Shown piece after piece: positions 14,797-28,200 of a stretch of DNA of 64,000 nt (its first letter is position 1; each line of letters starts with the position of its first letter). A program made the position numbers and the translations under genes. Under the pieces are notes generated by a model. That model worked only from the letters and a program-made list of their open reading frames with translations. It was not told the origin of the DNA and did no database searches. The stretch covers positions 3,190,844 through 3,254,843 of the forward strand of contig BFEA01000039.1 of the NCBI GenBank assembly GCA_003427395.1, given 5' to 3'. The DNA comes from Chara braunii. Lineage: Eukaryota > Plantae > Charophyceae.

Positions 14797-17700
14797 CCCC
14801 CCCTGAAGTCACCGAAGTCCCTTACCTTGTTGATGGCGGGGAACCGCGATGGCGGGCGTTGGCGGGCGACGGAGGGGTCGGCCGGGTCACACGCGGTGGC
14901 GGGTGTTGACAGGTGCTGGCGGCGTCGAAGTTCTGCGTCGGCAGGGCAGGGAACGGGTGGACCCCGTCTTCCTCCAAACACAACGAACCCTCATTTTGGC
15001 GGTATCTGGCCGGAAATATATCTCGTATACATTCATGCGTTATGTTCGGGGGAAGACGGTAGGGGGTACAACGTGAGAATTGGGGAGGGAACGGGAGCCG
15101 GTAGTTTCCAACTTCCCACCCTCACTGAATCGAAATCACGACCATCTGGGCCGTCGATCTTGAAGATCGAGGATCCAGATCGGGCCCGATTTCGAATCGG
15201 TGAAATCGGGCCTGCTGGGCCCTTTTACTTTTTTTGTGGTCTGCATAGTCTGCCCTGAGGGCGTAAAGGCCCCCAGCGCCGAAAAAATAAAACAAAATTA
15301 ACCTACACTGATGCACTGGGGGCGCCCGGTGGCCAACCGGGCGTGACAACCGGCCAGGCGATCCGGGGCCCACCCCGGGCGACGACCAGGCCACCGGGCG
15401 GCCCAGGGACCAGCCTAGCTCTTTTGGGTTTTGTAGACTTTGTACACTTGTTTGGGCTCTAAGATGGGTGTGTGCATTTCAGGATGAGGATGTCTTGGAT
15501 GTATGTGTTGGTGGTCAGTCAACGTTGTGGAGAGATCTTAACTATTGTTTGCGCTCTAAGATGGGTGTGTGCACTTCTTTTTGTACTTAGGCCATTTTTG
15601 CCCTAGTCAGTTTTCCAGTGTGGCGAGGTCCAGCTTTCCTTGACCCAACTGCCGGACGACTCTAGCACCCTAGCTATTGTGTTTCCTGAATTTGTTTTAT
15701 TTTCCCCTTGGTTTGTTCTCTGGCGCACAAGTAGTGGGGGTGCGGGGTCTGATGGGCTGGTGCAGCATTGACTAGGTTCCTCTGTACATGGGAAGATGTT
15801 TGGCCTAGCGAACTGCTTAGGTGAATTGGAGCCAAGGAGTCTCGTTGACCTATAGCTGGGTCTTAATTGTCATGTCAAGTTGATGAAGTGTCCGTACTGT
15901 GAAGACTTGTCTGCCTTGTTTAGTGCACGTTGAGGAATGCTCTTTCATCTCATGGTCATGGCCATAATCGATTTGTTTTATTCATCTCTCATCTTCTTCG
16001 TTTCTTTGCTTCACCCCTTCTCTTCACTCATCTGTTCTCTTTACCTTCGCCGTCATTGGTTGCTAAATTGCTGTAGTGACGTGTAGTCAGTGACATGCTG
16101 GATTGGTCGGTTATGTTCTCTGTTTTGTGTCTTGTCTGCAGTGGACTTTTCCTCTTTGAGCAATCTTTTTTTTTTTTTTTTTGTTAAACCACCAGTACTT
16201 GGCCCAGCTATCGGCCGNGGAAAAAAATAGAGTAGAAACGTTTCTAGTCGGATGAACTTGGGCGCTCCTGTAGGAGCCCGTACGTTTCCTAAAATCGTGG
16301 CGTGTTAACGGGCACGACTCTAGGAAGTACTGGTGGTTTAAAGGCTAATTCTTTAAGCCCAACCAATTTAATTACCTGTTGAATCTGGACAGGACAGCCT
16401 TTCAGGCCTTTTTTATTGCCATTATAGTATTACGGGGAACCCTGTAGCAGCCACATCCGTGCTCAAGCCTCCAATGAGGGAACATGTGGGAGCTGCACCC
16501 ACCACCAGGTGCGATACCTGCTACATCAGGTGGGCGATACTGGCCAGGGGTCGGCCGGTAGCATCAGGACCGAGCTTCTTCGATGGGTCAGTCACTGTGC
16601 CTCCCCTCCGGTCCCCTCCCCCTAAGAACATCAGCAGTCTCTGCTCAATGCCACTCGGGGGGGGCAACGACATATCTCTAGGTGGCGGCGCCAAGCTTGC
16701 CCAGGAAGGTACATGAGGGCAATGGGGATTGAACCCACGACCTCCTGAATGCCACTTGTGTGCCTTACCAACTGAGCTAAGCCGCTGGATTCTTTGAGCA
16801 ATCTCTGTAGTGCACTTCCACATTTTGTTCTTATACCCCAGGTGGAAACGTGTGGAAATTCTCTAAATCATGTGTTCCTGGCCAAAGTTTGAGGTTTTGT
16901 GATGGTGTGTGATTGGACATTATATTTGCTTGTAGATGGTGTTCTCCTGGTCCAAACAAGAAGAACAATGTCGTACGATTAAAGGCTGCAATTCTGCTCT
17001 GCTCATTATTCTCTTTCTAGTTGTGCTGTCACCAGGACACAAAACTGGTTGAAATCCTCCTTTGGATGCATCTATAGGAATTCAGAGGTGACCCGGCTGC
17101 CGACGAATGGTCAGTGTCAACTTGCTATCTTTTTTTATATGTCAGCTGTGCGCGTGCTTATGTGAAAACAACCTGCTACTTCGCCTTTGCGGCGTAGTGT
17201 TTGATACAAGCTTGGGCTGATGCGAAGGGATTGTATCGTCTTGGACTCGAACATGATGCAGGACACTCTGCCAACAATGGGGAATTATGGGTCTCTATTC
17301 TGGAGAAAGGGTATGCAAAGCTGCATGGATCGTATGGGCAAATGCTGTCAGGCTTGGTCGCTGATGCATTCCAGGATCTAACTGGTGTGCCATGCTTGAA
17401 GTTCAACTTTTCTAGTGCCAAGTTCAAGAAGCTGGAGGCCGAGGGAGGTGAGTGGGTGTAATGTTCTTCAGCAGTCTTTTGTTTAGGTTCACGGGCACTC
17501 TTTTCTCTTCATGTGTTTAGGTATGTTTGGATGAGTAGAGGCGTGTTGTTGAACCTTGTTAAGGTATGTTTGGACGAGGGAAGACTTTCCGGAGCTCATA
17601 AGAAAGGGTACAAGCTTCAGTGATCTGGCAGAACTCCGATGCATTTGAGAATATCAGTAGAAGTTGGCAAACTGTATACTGTGGTGGGGCAGAAGTACCT

Positions 17701-17949
17701 GGTCTTAATTTGTTTGGGACCATTTCCATAATTTGGATGGTTCATGTTTGGCAGGTTTCTGGAGTCTTCTGCAGCAATATGTCAAGGAGGGTTATGTACT
17801 TGCTGGCTGCACATCAAGCGACTCTGATTCCTCCAGCCCTGCAAAAAGGACGAATGGACTTGTCAACGGGCATGCATACGCCATCCTGGAGGTAGGTTTC
17901 AAGCACTCACATATGCGGATGGATCTTTATTTCTCCACCCCGTGTTCCG

Positions 17950-18031
<82 letters not shown>

Positions 18032-19184
18032 CTGTTGTTAGTATGTGTGTGGACCTTCGTTAACCAGTATTCTCATCATGGTGGTGTCAACACTCCCAAG
18101 ATATGTTTCATGTCGTTGCCACACGTGGTTAACGGGGGAACCCCAGTTTCAGCTCCTGAGTAACAGGTCCAAAACTGAAATTAGGGTTTGGAGGTGAAAT
18201 TTTATGTTGTTTTTTTTTTTTGCCTGTTTTTGTCTTACTTCAAGATTGTTGTGTACCGAATTTGGTCTCATTTGGAGCACTGGAAGTTCCTCTGATAACA
18301 GTGATAAGACCATTTCCAAAACCGCTGAAAATTCTGAAAATTGAAAATTCGCTGAATCCGAAATGTGGCTGGCTATTCCCAGTGATCCCCTTCCACGACG
18401 AGCTTGAGTCTTCGCAGCGAGTTCTTCACTACGAGTATCTTAATTACAAGCGATTAAAAAGTATCTAAATTACAAGTGATTAAAAAGTTATCTATTTTTT
18501 ATGGTAATCTGCCTGTTCAAAAAGTAGCAAAAAAAACGTATACTTATTTAGACAAACAAAAGAGTTTGTTATTATTAATGGAGAAAAGATTGGACATTCT
18601 TCTTGTACTCTTGCTCCCGAAACTCTTTCATAAAATTCTAACCATTTTTCTCGTTCTTCAAAAGCCCAAAGAAAAGTGGTTAATGCTCCTACATCCACAT
18701 TCTGGGTCCCTATGGAATTTCCACCACATAGCATGGGTGGTTAATGCAAGTAGATGATTTAAGATCCGGGTAATCTCACAAAATAACACTCGTACATATT
18801 GAGCTCGTAATGGTACTTCACAATTACAAAGTTTTTCTACAGCTAAAGAATAAGCATGTTCCTGTGCCATCATAGAAACATAATCTACATTCAAGGGCAC
18901 TTTTGCCTTACTGTTTCACCCTGTTTTTATGTTTTGTTTTCGTTTTTTTTAATGGTTTGTTAATATGGTGTGCACTCTATTGAATGATGGAATTTTTGGT
19001 TAAAAAGCTAGGCTACCAGAGTGGCCCGTGGTCACTTGCCCGGCCGGGCCAAAAAAATAAAAATAATGAAATAAAAACTTAAAATTTAAAAACAAATATT
19101 TTATAATTTTTCTTCTTTTATTTAAATTATTTTTTATTTTAAATTTGGTAATTTCGATATGACATGAGGCAAAAGTTGTTAAGG

Positions 19185-19256
<72 letters not shown>

Positions 19257-22200
19257 GTTGTCGGATGGACCACGGATCAGATATTAAACTGATCAGAACA
19301 GATACTACACTTGATCTTAGCCAAAAGGCCGAACATAGTACTTCGGATTTTTAAACCATCATTTTTGGATTATTTTTTTATTTTTATTTTTGCTGGGACT
19401 TTCTTTGGTCCTTGCACGGGCTGGCCACCGGGGCCCCGGGCGGCCCGGCTGGTAGCCTAGTTCAAAAGGGCTTTTGGTTTTCTTATAAATAGCATTCAAA
19501 AAACGCTGAAATTTTGGGTCTCCGTTAACTGCCTCTCGTTGTTGCGGAATATCTAGCAGTTGTATGTTTGTAAATTGCGATAATAAAAGCATGATTCCAT
19601 CACTCACCAGACGTGCAATGGAGGGAATGGTTGTTGGAGAAAATGGCGATCGTATTTCTCACCTGTGTGCGTGTGCTCACGAAGTCAGCCCGCAGAACCC
19701 CATCTCTGCCTAGTAAACGCTGTCTTTGTCTTTTTGTGTCTGCATGCAAGTCCTTGTATTGAACTTCCATAGGGTAAATCGTTTGGCAGCAACCAATGCC
19801 AGTTCACCCCATCATGCACAACGTGGCTCAGCAATATTTCATTCAGGCTCACAAGTCCTCACATGTGCTTTCATAGCATTTGCCATTTGGTATCTGCTGG
19901 GTATCCTGTGGGAGTTAATGACATGAAGTTCTGGACTGGTTCATATACTGATTAATTTAGCTTGCGTTAATTGGTTGCTTGTGTGATGTTCCAGGTGAGG
20001 GAGTCTCATGGTCACCGACTGGTTCATCTACAAGACCCCTTCGGAAAGTTTGAATGGGACGGTGCATGGTCTGACAACAGTCCCGAGTGGTCAAACTTCA
20101 TGGACGTGACAGAAGAGATTCAACCTGTGCTGGATGGAACAGATGGTTCATTCTGGATGGCCTATAGAGACTTTATTAAGGTGAGTCTTCCTCTGGAATT
20201 CCTTTTGTTGTGGTGAGCCCTTGATATCCCGGTTGGTATTGGCTGTGAAACCACAGTCATCTTCAGAGGCATTGAAGCTCATGGTGGTAAGAGTTGCTCT
20301 TGACACCAAAGTTGCAGTTATCATAGCGTAGTCACCGAGTTGCCGCTAGCCACTCAATCAACAGGAAAGCTTTGTGTGCATTGCGGGTCGGTCGCCTGAT
20401 GCAGAGGTTCATAGTGGTAAAGGATGATGTTGGTCAGTCCGATCGAGTGTGAGATTTCCTTCTCCCAACGTTCAAGTTTACATCCTGTCACAACATTTTT
20501 TGACACTATGGATAATGGTTGACATGCATTCCTGCGCGCAGAAATTTGCTGGTATCGCTGGCTGCTGCGTAAAGCAGGACACATCAAAGAGCTGGAAGGA
20601 GCTGCAGCTTCCCTGCACGTTCATTGCTGATGATTGGTCTTCGTCAGGCAATACATCACAGCCAACAAGGATATTCAGACTGAAGGTGTCATCTAAAACA
20701 TGCATGTTTGTTTCACTTCATCAAGAAGATCCTCGCATGTAAGTATGGACATTCACAGCTGCGTTCTATGGTGAACAGTACTTCGCACCAATTTTTTTTA
20801 ATTTTTTTTCCCCCAAACTAAGCTATCTTTTTCTGTCAAGTTTTCCACCTTACACTAGCTACCTAAATACCTCTCCTTATCTTACCCACATCTAGTCCAA
20901 GATGTCTATACACTGACGGGGAGGCTATGTCTATACATCAAAAGAAAGAATGTGTCCATCTCCTCTACTCTAATGCATGGAATAGTACCTAATCTCCGAA
21001 CCTTAAGCGATGGATGGCAGGAGCAAGGGTCCAGGAAACCCAGACTCCTCCCAAGACCAGCCATGCGGGGCAAGCCAACTATCTCAGCTGGTAAATATCA
21101 AGCCAAGCCCACCGCAGGTGGCTGTGGGGTATTGAGCCCATGGCTTTTTGAATACCACTCGCATGCTCAACCAACTGAGCTAGGCCGCTGGCCCACTTTG
21201 CACAAATTCAAACTTGATGACAAATGTTTTTTTTTTTCGTTCTCAATTTCTCATGTCTGTGACCTATCCAAGGAGCTGCCATGCTCGAACAGTGACCTAT
21301 CCAAAGGGCTGCCATGCTTGTAGGCTTTTTTTGTTCGTTCTCAATGTCTCATGTCTGTGACCTATCCAAGGGTCTGCCGTGCTCGAACTGTGACCTTGGG
21401 CTGCCATGCTTGAAACTGAACGACATTTGTAGGCTTTTTTTTTTTTCATTCTCAATTTCTCATGTCTGTGACCTATCCAAGGGGCTGCCATGCTCGAACT
21501 GTGACCTATCCAAAGGGCTGCCATGCTTGAGACTGAACGACATATGTAGACACTGGTTAGACTTTTCTTGAGGATTCTCGTTCTAGCAGCTGGCTATTCG
21601 TTGTAGCTCCTTCGTGTAGAGTCAGTTTTGTGCCGGTCAGGTTATGATGTTCATTACATACACTTAGGGTTGTAGATTGTAATAGAAGGTGTGTAAAGAC
21701 CAGGGTTACTTGAAGTGGTTTTACGACTTCTGACGTGGTCTTGGGACTTGCCTTCCCAATTCTTTGGAATCATTTCTCAGCCCCTTGCTTCTTTGCAGGC
21801 TGTCTTACTCCTGAGTTTTGGGTCCTACCTTGGGCTCGGGCTCTCAAGTCCTCCCAGTGAGTGTGACATGGATGTCTGGGGAAAGTAGCGTGCCAAGTCC
21901 CTTGCTTGTGATTCAGAGCTCGTTGCTGGTTTTTGTATGTCACCCTGTATGTGCGCTGATCTCCTTTTGGTATGCTGTGATGTAAAATGAAAGGTTGGTG
22001 ATTATCTTCTTGAACATCCGTCGATGTTCTGCGGTCCCCTGGTGGTAAAAGAAGTTTAAAGAACCAACGGGATTAAGGCCTTCTAGTGGTGGGGAGATGC
22101 ACCTCCACTGTCCCTTATACAGAACAATACAGCAGAACTACTGGGAGCATTACCCAGCTTTGCTTATCGTGAAACTTATATGTTGCCAAACAGTGGAAGG

Positions 22201-25200
22201 GGTTAGTTACGAAGCTGCATGCTGAGCAAGGCTGTCAATATTGTGTGCGGAACGTCAGCCCTAAGTACTACAGTTCATAGTTCTCGGTCATGCGTTATAC
22301 CCCTCCAAACCTTAGCCTTGTCTGTGTATGGGGGTCGGCAGAGGACGCTGTTTGCAAGGATCGCTTTGCACCTCCCGACTCTTCTCTTAATTGGCTGAGC
22401 ATGTGTGGCTGCATCACGGAGTGGGATCCAGCAGAGCCTTTCATGGTTGTGATCCTGGATTATGGACCACGCTTGGTGATCTGATACTGTTGTGGTTTGA
22501 CGTTGTTGAGAAGGGTGGTCACTACCCTGTTGAGAAGTGTTTGATTCTAGCTCAAGGAGTGAAAGAGACCTTCAAGGGCTGCAGGATTTTTTGCAGGGCT
22601 GTTGATTTCTTGTTGTGTTGTTGCGTTTCTCACAGGATGGGTGCTGCAGAACCTTTCAAGGTTGGAATATGGATCATGGACCACCAGAATGAGTATCTTG
22701 CATCCAAGCAGACAATTGAAGCCACTTGTCAGGTTGAGGCAATATTGGATCCGGGGTTGTACAGAGTAATGGTGAAGGCATTTACATTCACAACAAAAAG
22801 CGGTCAGGTTAGACGGTTTCCTGACACAAGTGGTAAAAGCTTGCCCAGGCGGTTTGTCTTGACGATTCATTCAGACAAGGTGGTGACATCAGGATTGATT
22901 AAGATGGCTCCATCTGATACTCCTCTGCGGAGGGTGGTGGTTGTACCTGCAACGCTGTTGCAAAGAGACCCGGCAGGGGAAATGTATGCCTTCCCGGAGA
23001 ATCATGAAGGGAAGCCCCCTTCAGGGAATCTGGAACCGGTCAATAAGCAGGTCGTCCTGTTTCATCCAGAGTCCGCAACCGCACCACGTGAGGTCTTTTC
23101 TGTGCTGAGGGAGATTCCTGTTAACACACAAGCAACAGTGGAAGGCACGATGGAAAAGGATGTTGCTCCTAGGGTTGTTGAGGTGAAGGCTGTCCTCGCC
23201 GAGAGAAATGTTAATGTTGCTGTGAAGATGGTGAGAGCAGAGACAGAGATTCCTGTTGGGATCGGGGAGGAAGATTCAGAGATACCACTCGACCCTGAGC
23301 CGACTGTGGATGCGGAGCCGATCAAGGTTGTTCCGCAGGACTGTTTGCTTCCGGGGGAGACAGGGGAAGAGCCAGATACTGAGCCTTTCTTGGAACCAGA
23401 GGATGAGACATCGCAAGAGCCTGCCATTCGCGCTCCTGCACGTCTTCTCTCAGACTTGGTAGAACCGGGTTCTGAAATCAGTGAGCGGAGTGAGAGCATG
23501 GGCGATGACGGGCATATTCCCGATGAGCTCACTGGAGGACAGGATCTTGAACCTCCTGGCCTTGTGATCAAGGAGCGTGGGACAGTAGTGGAGGACGCAT
23601 TACTGGAACCTGATGAAACAGAACAGGCTTTGCACATTCCTCATGACAAGCTCAGCCTCTTCCGGAAGCAACTGCCGTGGCACGCAGCAATGTCACTTGA
23701 CCTTGTTGACGGGATTGAGTATGGCATTATTTCAGACGCCTCGTATGATCCACTTACAGTGGAGCATCATGGCGCAACCATGGTCGAGGCCAAACAGATA
23801 TTGCCCGATGCCGACCTCTTTGGGAATGGCATAGATCCAGAGGACGTAAGGCAGGGCCAACTGGATGATGGATGGTTCTTGTCGTCAGTTGCAGCGCTTG
23901 CTGGATACCGGGGCATCATCGAACGCCTTTTCCTGCAACCTGTGGACCCTGCGGATGATGGAGTCCTGAGAATGAGGTTCTTTAAGAGTGGAAGGTAAAC
24001 ACGAACTCCCTCCTACCCAATGTGAATGTCAATAATATTTCTGGGCAGAGGACTGCATGACAACTGAGGAGATGGTCTGTTCTACTTCGCTTCTCTGAAA
24101 GAAGAATCCTCAACAAACTTGATTCCAAAGCCGGGAGGATTAAGCAGAAGGCAAGGGGAGGGAATGCCATTTTTTGTTTGTTTTAAACTTTTAATGCAGA
24201 ATCTTCAGCTTGGGCAAACGTGCAGGATAGAGTTTCCCAGGCCTCGAGGCAAGAAACACAAATCCTTTCTCTCTGAGAAAACATTAGTAGAGTATACGAG
24301 ATCCACTCGTGTTTCCTTTTCAAACTCTGGTGAAGCCTTCGGCTTTGTCCGCTTTGGATCGTGATGTTGCCTGGAAGTTCATGGGGTAAACTGGCCATTC
24401 ACTGGGTTGGTCACCTATCCTGCTTTGTCGCACTGTCAGAAAACAAGTATCTCCTCGTCTGCAATCATACAATGCCATATCCTATGTACATTTACACAAG
24501 AATGGATAGTGAATATACTAATATAGTCTATGGACTGTCCACTTGGGAACAGGAGATGAGTAGCGAGATGCAGTTGTTCTCGTCTGATGATGGTTTTTTT
24601 TGTGCCCCTATGCAGGTGGGCCACGGTTGCTGTGAACACTAAGCTGCCTTGCAAGGATGGGAGACTTGTCTATGGTATGTACTCATCTTGTCATAATTTT
24701 GATGACTGGGGTATTAAATTCATCTCTGTACGCGATTTTCTGAATGGTTGGGTTTTCGTGAGTGTATGGGTTTTCTCAGGAATCATTTATGGGGTTCGAG
24801 TTTTTGATCAATCAGATGAAGGCTCTGGAATCATTTTGAATCATAGTAACAGTGGACCACAATCACAAGGTGTGCACACGTGGTATGCAGCCCCCACATC
24901 ACTGTTCCTACAGATAGTGCGTGTGCAGTAAAAAAATCAGGAAAGAAAATAAATTTAAGAGGAAAAAGAGGGGGGAAAAGAACCAAATCTTGAAAAGAAC
25001 AAGTATGTAAGCCACTGTGAGGTAAATATTCCAAGCTACTTGTGCAAGGGATCTTGTGCAAACGTTTTGTGTTCTTAGAACTTCGTGCAAGTGGAGAAAA
25101 AGTTGTAAAAAGTTGATGTTTTTGGCAGCACTCGGCGAGTTTTTGGGGCACTGCACAGTTTGCCATGAAGAAGTGTTAACCTCTGATACAGCATTGGTCC

Positions 25201-28200
25201 CCCGCGGTACGGAAGTCTGTATAGCTTTGGCCGTGTGTCAGTTTTGGTGGCATTCATGCTGTGCCATTTTTGTCTCAGGTCCTTATTGGGTGAATGCTCC
25301 GTGGCTTCATATACCAATCAGTGGTGCCCAACTTCCCACATTCACAGTTTTCACAGTTTCATAAGCTGGGTACAGTTTTGGAGGAGAGCTTCTCTGACAA
25401 TTTGACATGGATGTATGATGTTGTGTCGTATTGCCTGCAGCCCATTCCCCAGACAACCGATTGTGGGGGAGCTTTCTGGAGAAGGGGTATGCAAAACTTC
25501 ATGGTTCATACGCACGGTTGAATCAGGGTTCCCCAAGCGATGCGCTTCACGATCTCACTGGGGCGCCATGCATCACCTTCACGTTTGCGAGCACAAAATT
25601 TAAGCAACTAGAAGGGGGCGATGGTAAGTTACTTCTGGATGTTTGAAAGTGAATAGAGCTCAATGTACCCTTGCTGGGTGTGATTTTCTTTTCCCCCCAA
25701 AAAAAACAGGGCCTTATGCTCCTTGCTCCATATCCATTCTGGGGGCCGTCAGTCCGGTTCCTTTTCCACCGGCAAGTCAAGAGAATATGACGAATACGCC
25801 GAGTGTGATTGTTGCTTCTGAATGTTTCAGTTTTTACTCATTGCCACGGGAGTCAGGGAGTTGGGAATCAGGGAGTTGGGAATTGGGAATCAGTTGCTGG
25901 AAAGTTGCAGTTCATGACTCGTTCCCTAATCTTCGGCTGGGTGACGAGCGGCAGATCATTGCAGTTCTGGCTGAAGGTTAGCCTCCAGCATGACGGGATT
26001 GCACTTGCTGGTATTTGGGCAGTAGGACCGTGTTTCTTTTTTCTTTTTTCTTTCTTTTTTTTTTTTTTTTTTTTTTTTTTGTGCAAAACAGGTCCTTATG
26101 GTCCGGGCTCCTTTCCATTCTGGGGAGCGTCAGTCCGGTTCCTATTCCCCCAGCAAGTCTAAGGATTTACATGTAATACACATTCACGCTTCCTTCCGTC
26201 AGGCTGAAGGATCCCTGACCAGCATTGATTACTCCCTTGTAGGAGGATTGACTGTCAGCTTGCCCTCTCAACTCGTTCCTCTCAGGCTGCTGTATAGGCC
26301 TGCCAGATATTCCTCTAACAAACAAGAGAAGTGAGAGGTTTTGCTGAAGTTCGTGAACGTATGGCTTTCTCACAACCTGTTTATCGGCCTGCTTGTTCCT
26401 GTGCCTGTTGTACTGATCTTCGGTCTTGGACTCCCAAGTTTGGTTGTCGCTTTTCCGTTACCCTTGATACCACTTCTTCCATATCAGTCTGTTGTCCGGT
26501 ATAGTGGCCACCTTGCCCTCTATTAGCCAGTCCTTTAGGAATGCTCGTCTCTTAGCTGCATGCTTATCTGGTCTGTGTCTCGCTGATGAAGATATCGTCA
26601 GCCATCTGCTCCGGATTTCGGTCTCCGCCATGTGTATCAAGAGAGTCCACATTTCTTCCTTTGCCACCTCGGCTCCCAGAATTGTCTGTGTGCATCGTCG
26701 TTTCCATATGATCCAGAAAGTTGGCTTTCTGAGTAACTGGAACCAGACATCCCTGCTGCCCTTGAGCCGCCCGGGAGTGATCGGGAGTAGAATGGTTAGG
26801 GGGGAAGTGTTGGGGGGTGGGGCTCAGAAGAGGTTACAACACGGCTCAGAAGAGGTTAGACCACAGTTTCTGAACTTTGTTCCAGTACCAGGTCGCTTCA
26901 GGACAGAAGAGTAGGCAATGTGGGATATCTTCAGGCGTGTTTTTGTTGCACATCGAGCAGATTTCAGAGCTGTTCGGGTCTGAGTGTTTCCTTCTTTTGT
27001 GAAGCCATTGGTTGACCGGGAGGGCTAAGTGTGCAAGGAGCCATTGCATACTTCGAATTCGAACTGGTCTGGTTAGAAGGTATTTGGCCCACGGGATGGA
27101 GGATTGGGCCGGGGGGTCCAGATTCAGGCTGGTCCGCCATTTCTCTACCAACCTTGGATTTGGATCTGTGGTCGTCTGAGGTCATAGCCGAGTTTTGCAT
27201 CGTATTGGGAGATTGTTCTAGACTTCCCTGGGGTGCCCTGTTTCCACCTCCATTCGCTTGGGGTCGAATTCCAGGTCTTCGATATTGAGTTCTGACTGGG
27301 ATATGACCCATGGTCTGTTCTGGGAGACTCGGACCTTCCTGAGAAGGAAGGTTTCTAGTCGTGTAGCTTGGGGGTCCTCGTTCTGGATTACGAGCTACTG
27401 AAGAGTATGGTTGGCTATAGGGTAGGATAAGAAGTTCGATCGGTAGCTTGAAGAGTCTGATCTAGATAGAAACCTCTAGGCCGTCTCAGGTGGAGTGTGC
27501 ATAATAAGTATGCCCCAATCGCCTGTTTTCTAAATAAATGTTTCTCTGAGGAGCGTTACCCACTGGGCAGGGATGCTGTGATGCATCGGTGCTAAGTTGG
27601 TTTCAAGCGCGTGGCATCCCCTGAGGGAGGTTTGGAGTTCCTGGGCCGTCAACCAGTCCTTCCGTTCCGCTGACCATAGGTATTTGAGCTGCCATACTCC
27701 CCTCTCCACCCATGTGAGCCATCTCCTATCTCTCGCTTAGAGTGACCAATGGTGACCTGCTGTGTCTTTGATCCAGGGGTTGCAGAAGAGGGGTTGTCTG
27801 AGAACCTCTTCTTGGTTGTCTGGTGTCCCGTGTTTGCTGGGCATCATTCNTCTTGGTTGTCTGGTGTCCCGTGTTTGCTGGGCATCATTCGGCGCCAGGC
27901 TACCTGCTGTGTCTTTGATCCAGGGGTTGCAGAAGAGGGGTTGTCGGAGAACCTCTTCTTGGTTGTCTGGTGCCTCGTGTTTGCTGGGCATCATTCGGCT
28001 CCAGGCTTTCAGAGTTGGCGTCCAGTATGGGTTAGTCGAGGGGGTGGGTTGACTGGTTGGTTGCTGCTGGGTTCTTCTTGCTGTCCTCCCTGTTTTGATT
28101 GACCATTCTTTGGCCATAATCCAGAAGGGGGCTTGCATATTGGATGGGGAGCTTATTGGAGCGAGGTTGCTGTCCAAGGCAAGGTTGCACCCCTGCCGAC

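Noticed and set aside
14358-15258. ORFs with poly-ER, LS or F tracts
   Set aside because: They are translations of microsatellites inside a TIR element.
16717-16788. Functional tRNA genes here and at ~21190, 50020, 52850 and 63990
   Set aside because: A/B boxes are present but the acceptor and anticodon stems are poor, and two copies have a tail plus TSD, as SINEs do.
18696-18726. Organellar intron remnant in the nad7 NUMT
   Set aside because: It is only 31 bp and lacks group II boundary motifs. A post-insertion indel is simpler.
19256-19332. Functional U2 snRNA gene
   Set aside because: The 3' half and Sm site are missing, and the fragment ends in poly(A).
27775-27990. Internal duplication in the LINE
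   Set aside because: An N lies at the junction (27850), so it may be an assembly join.
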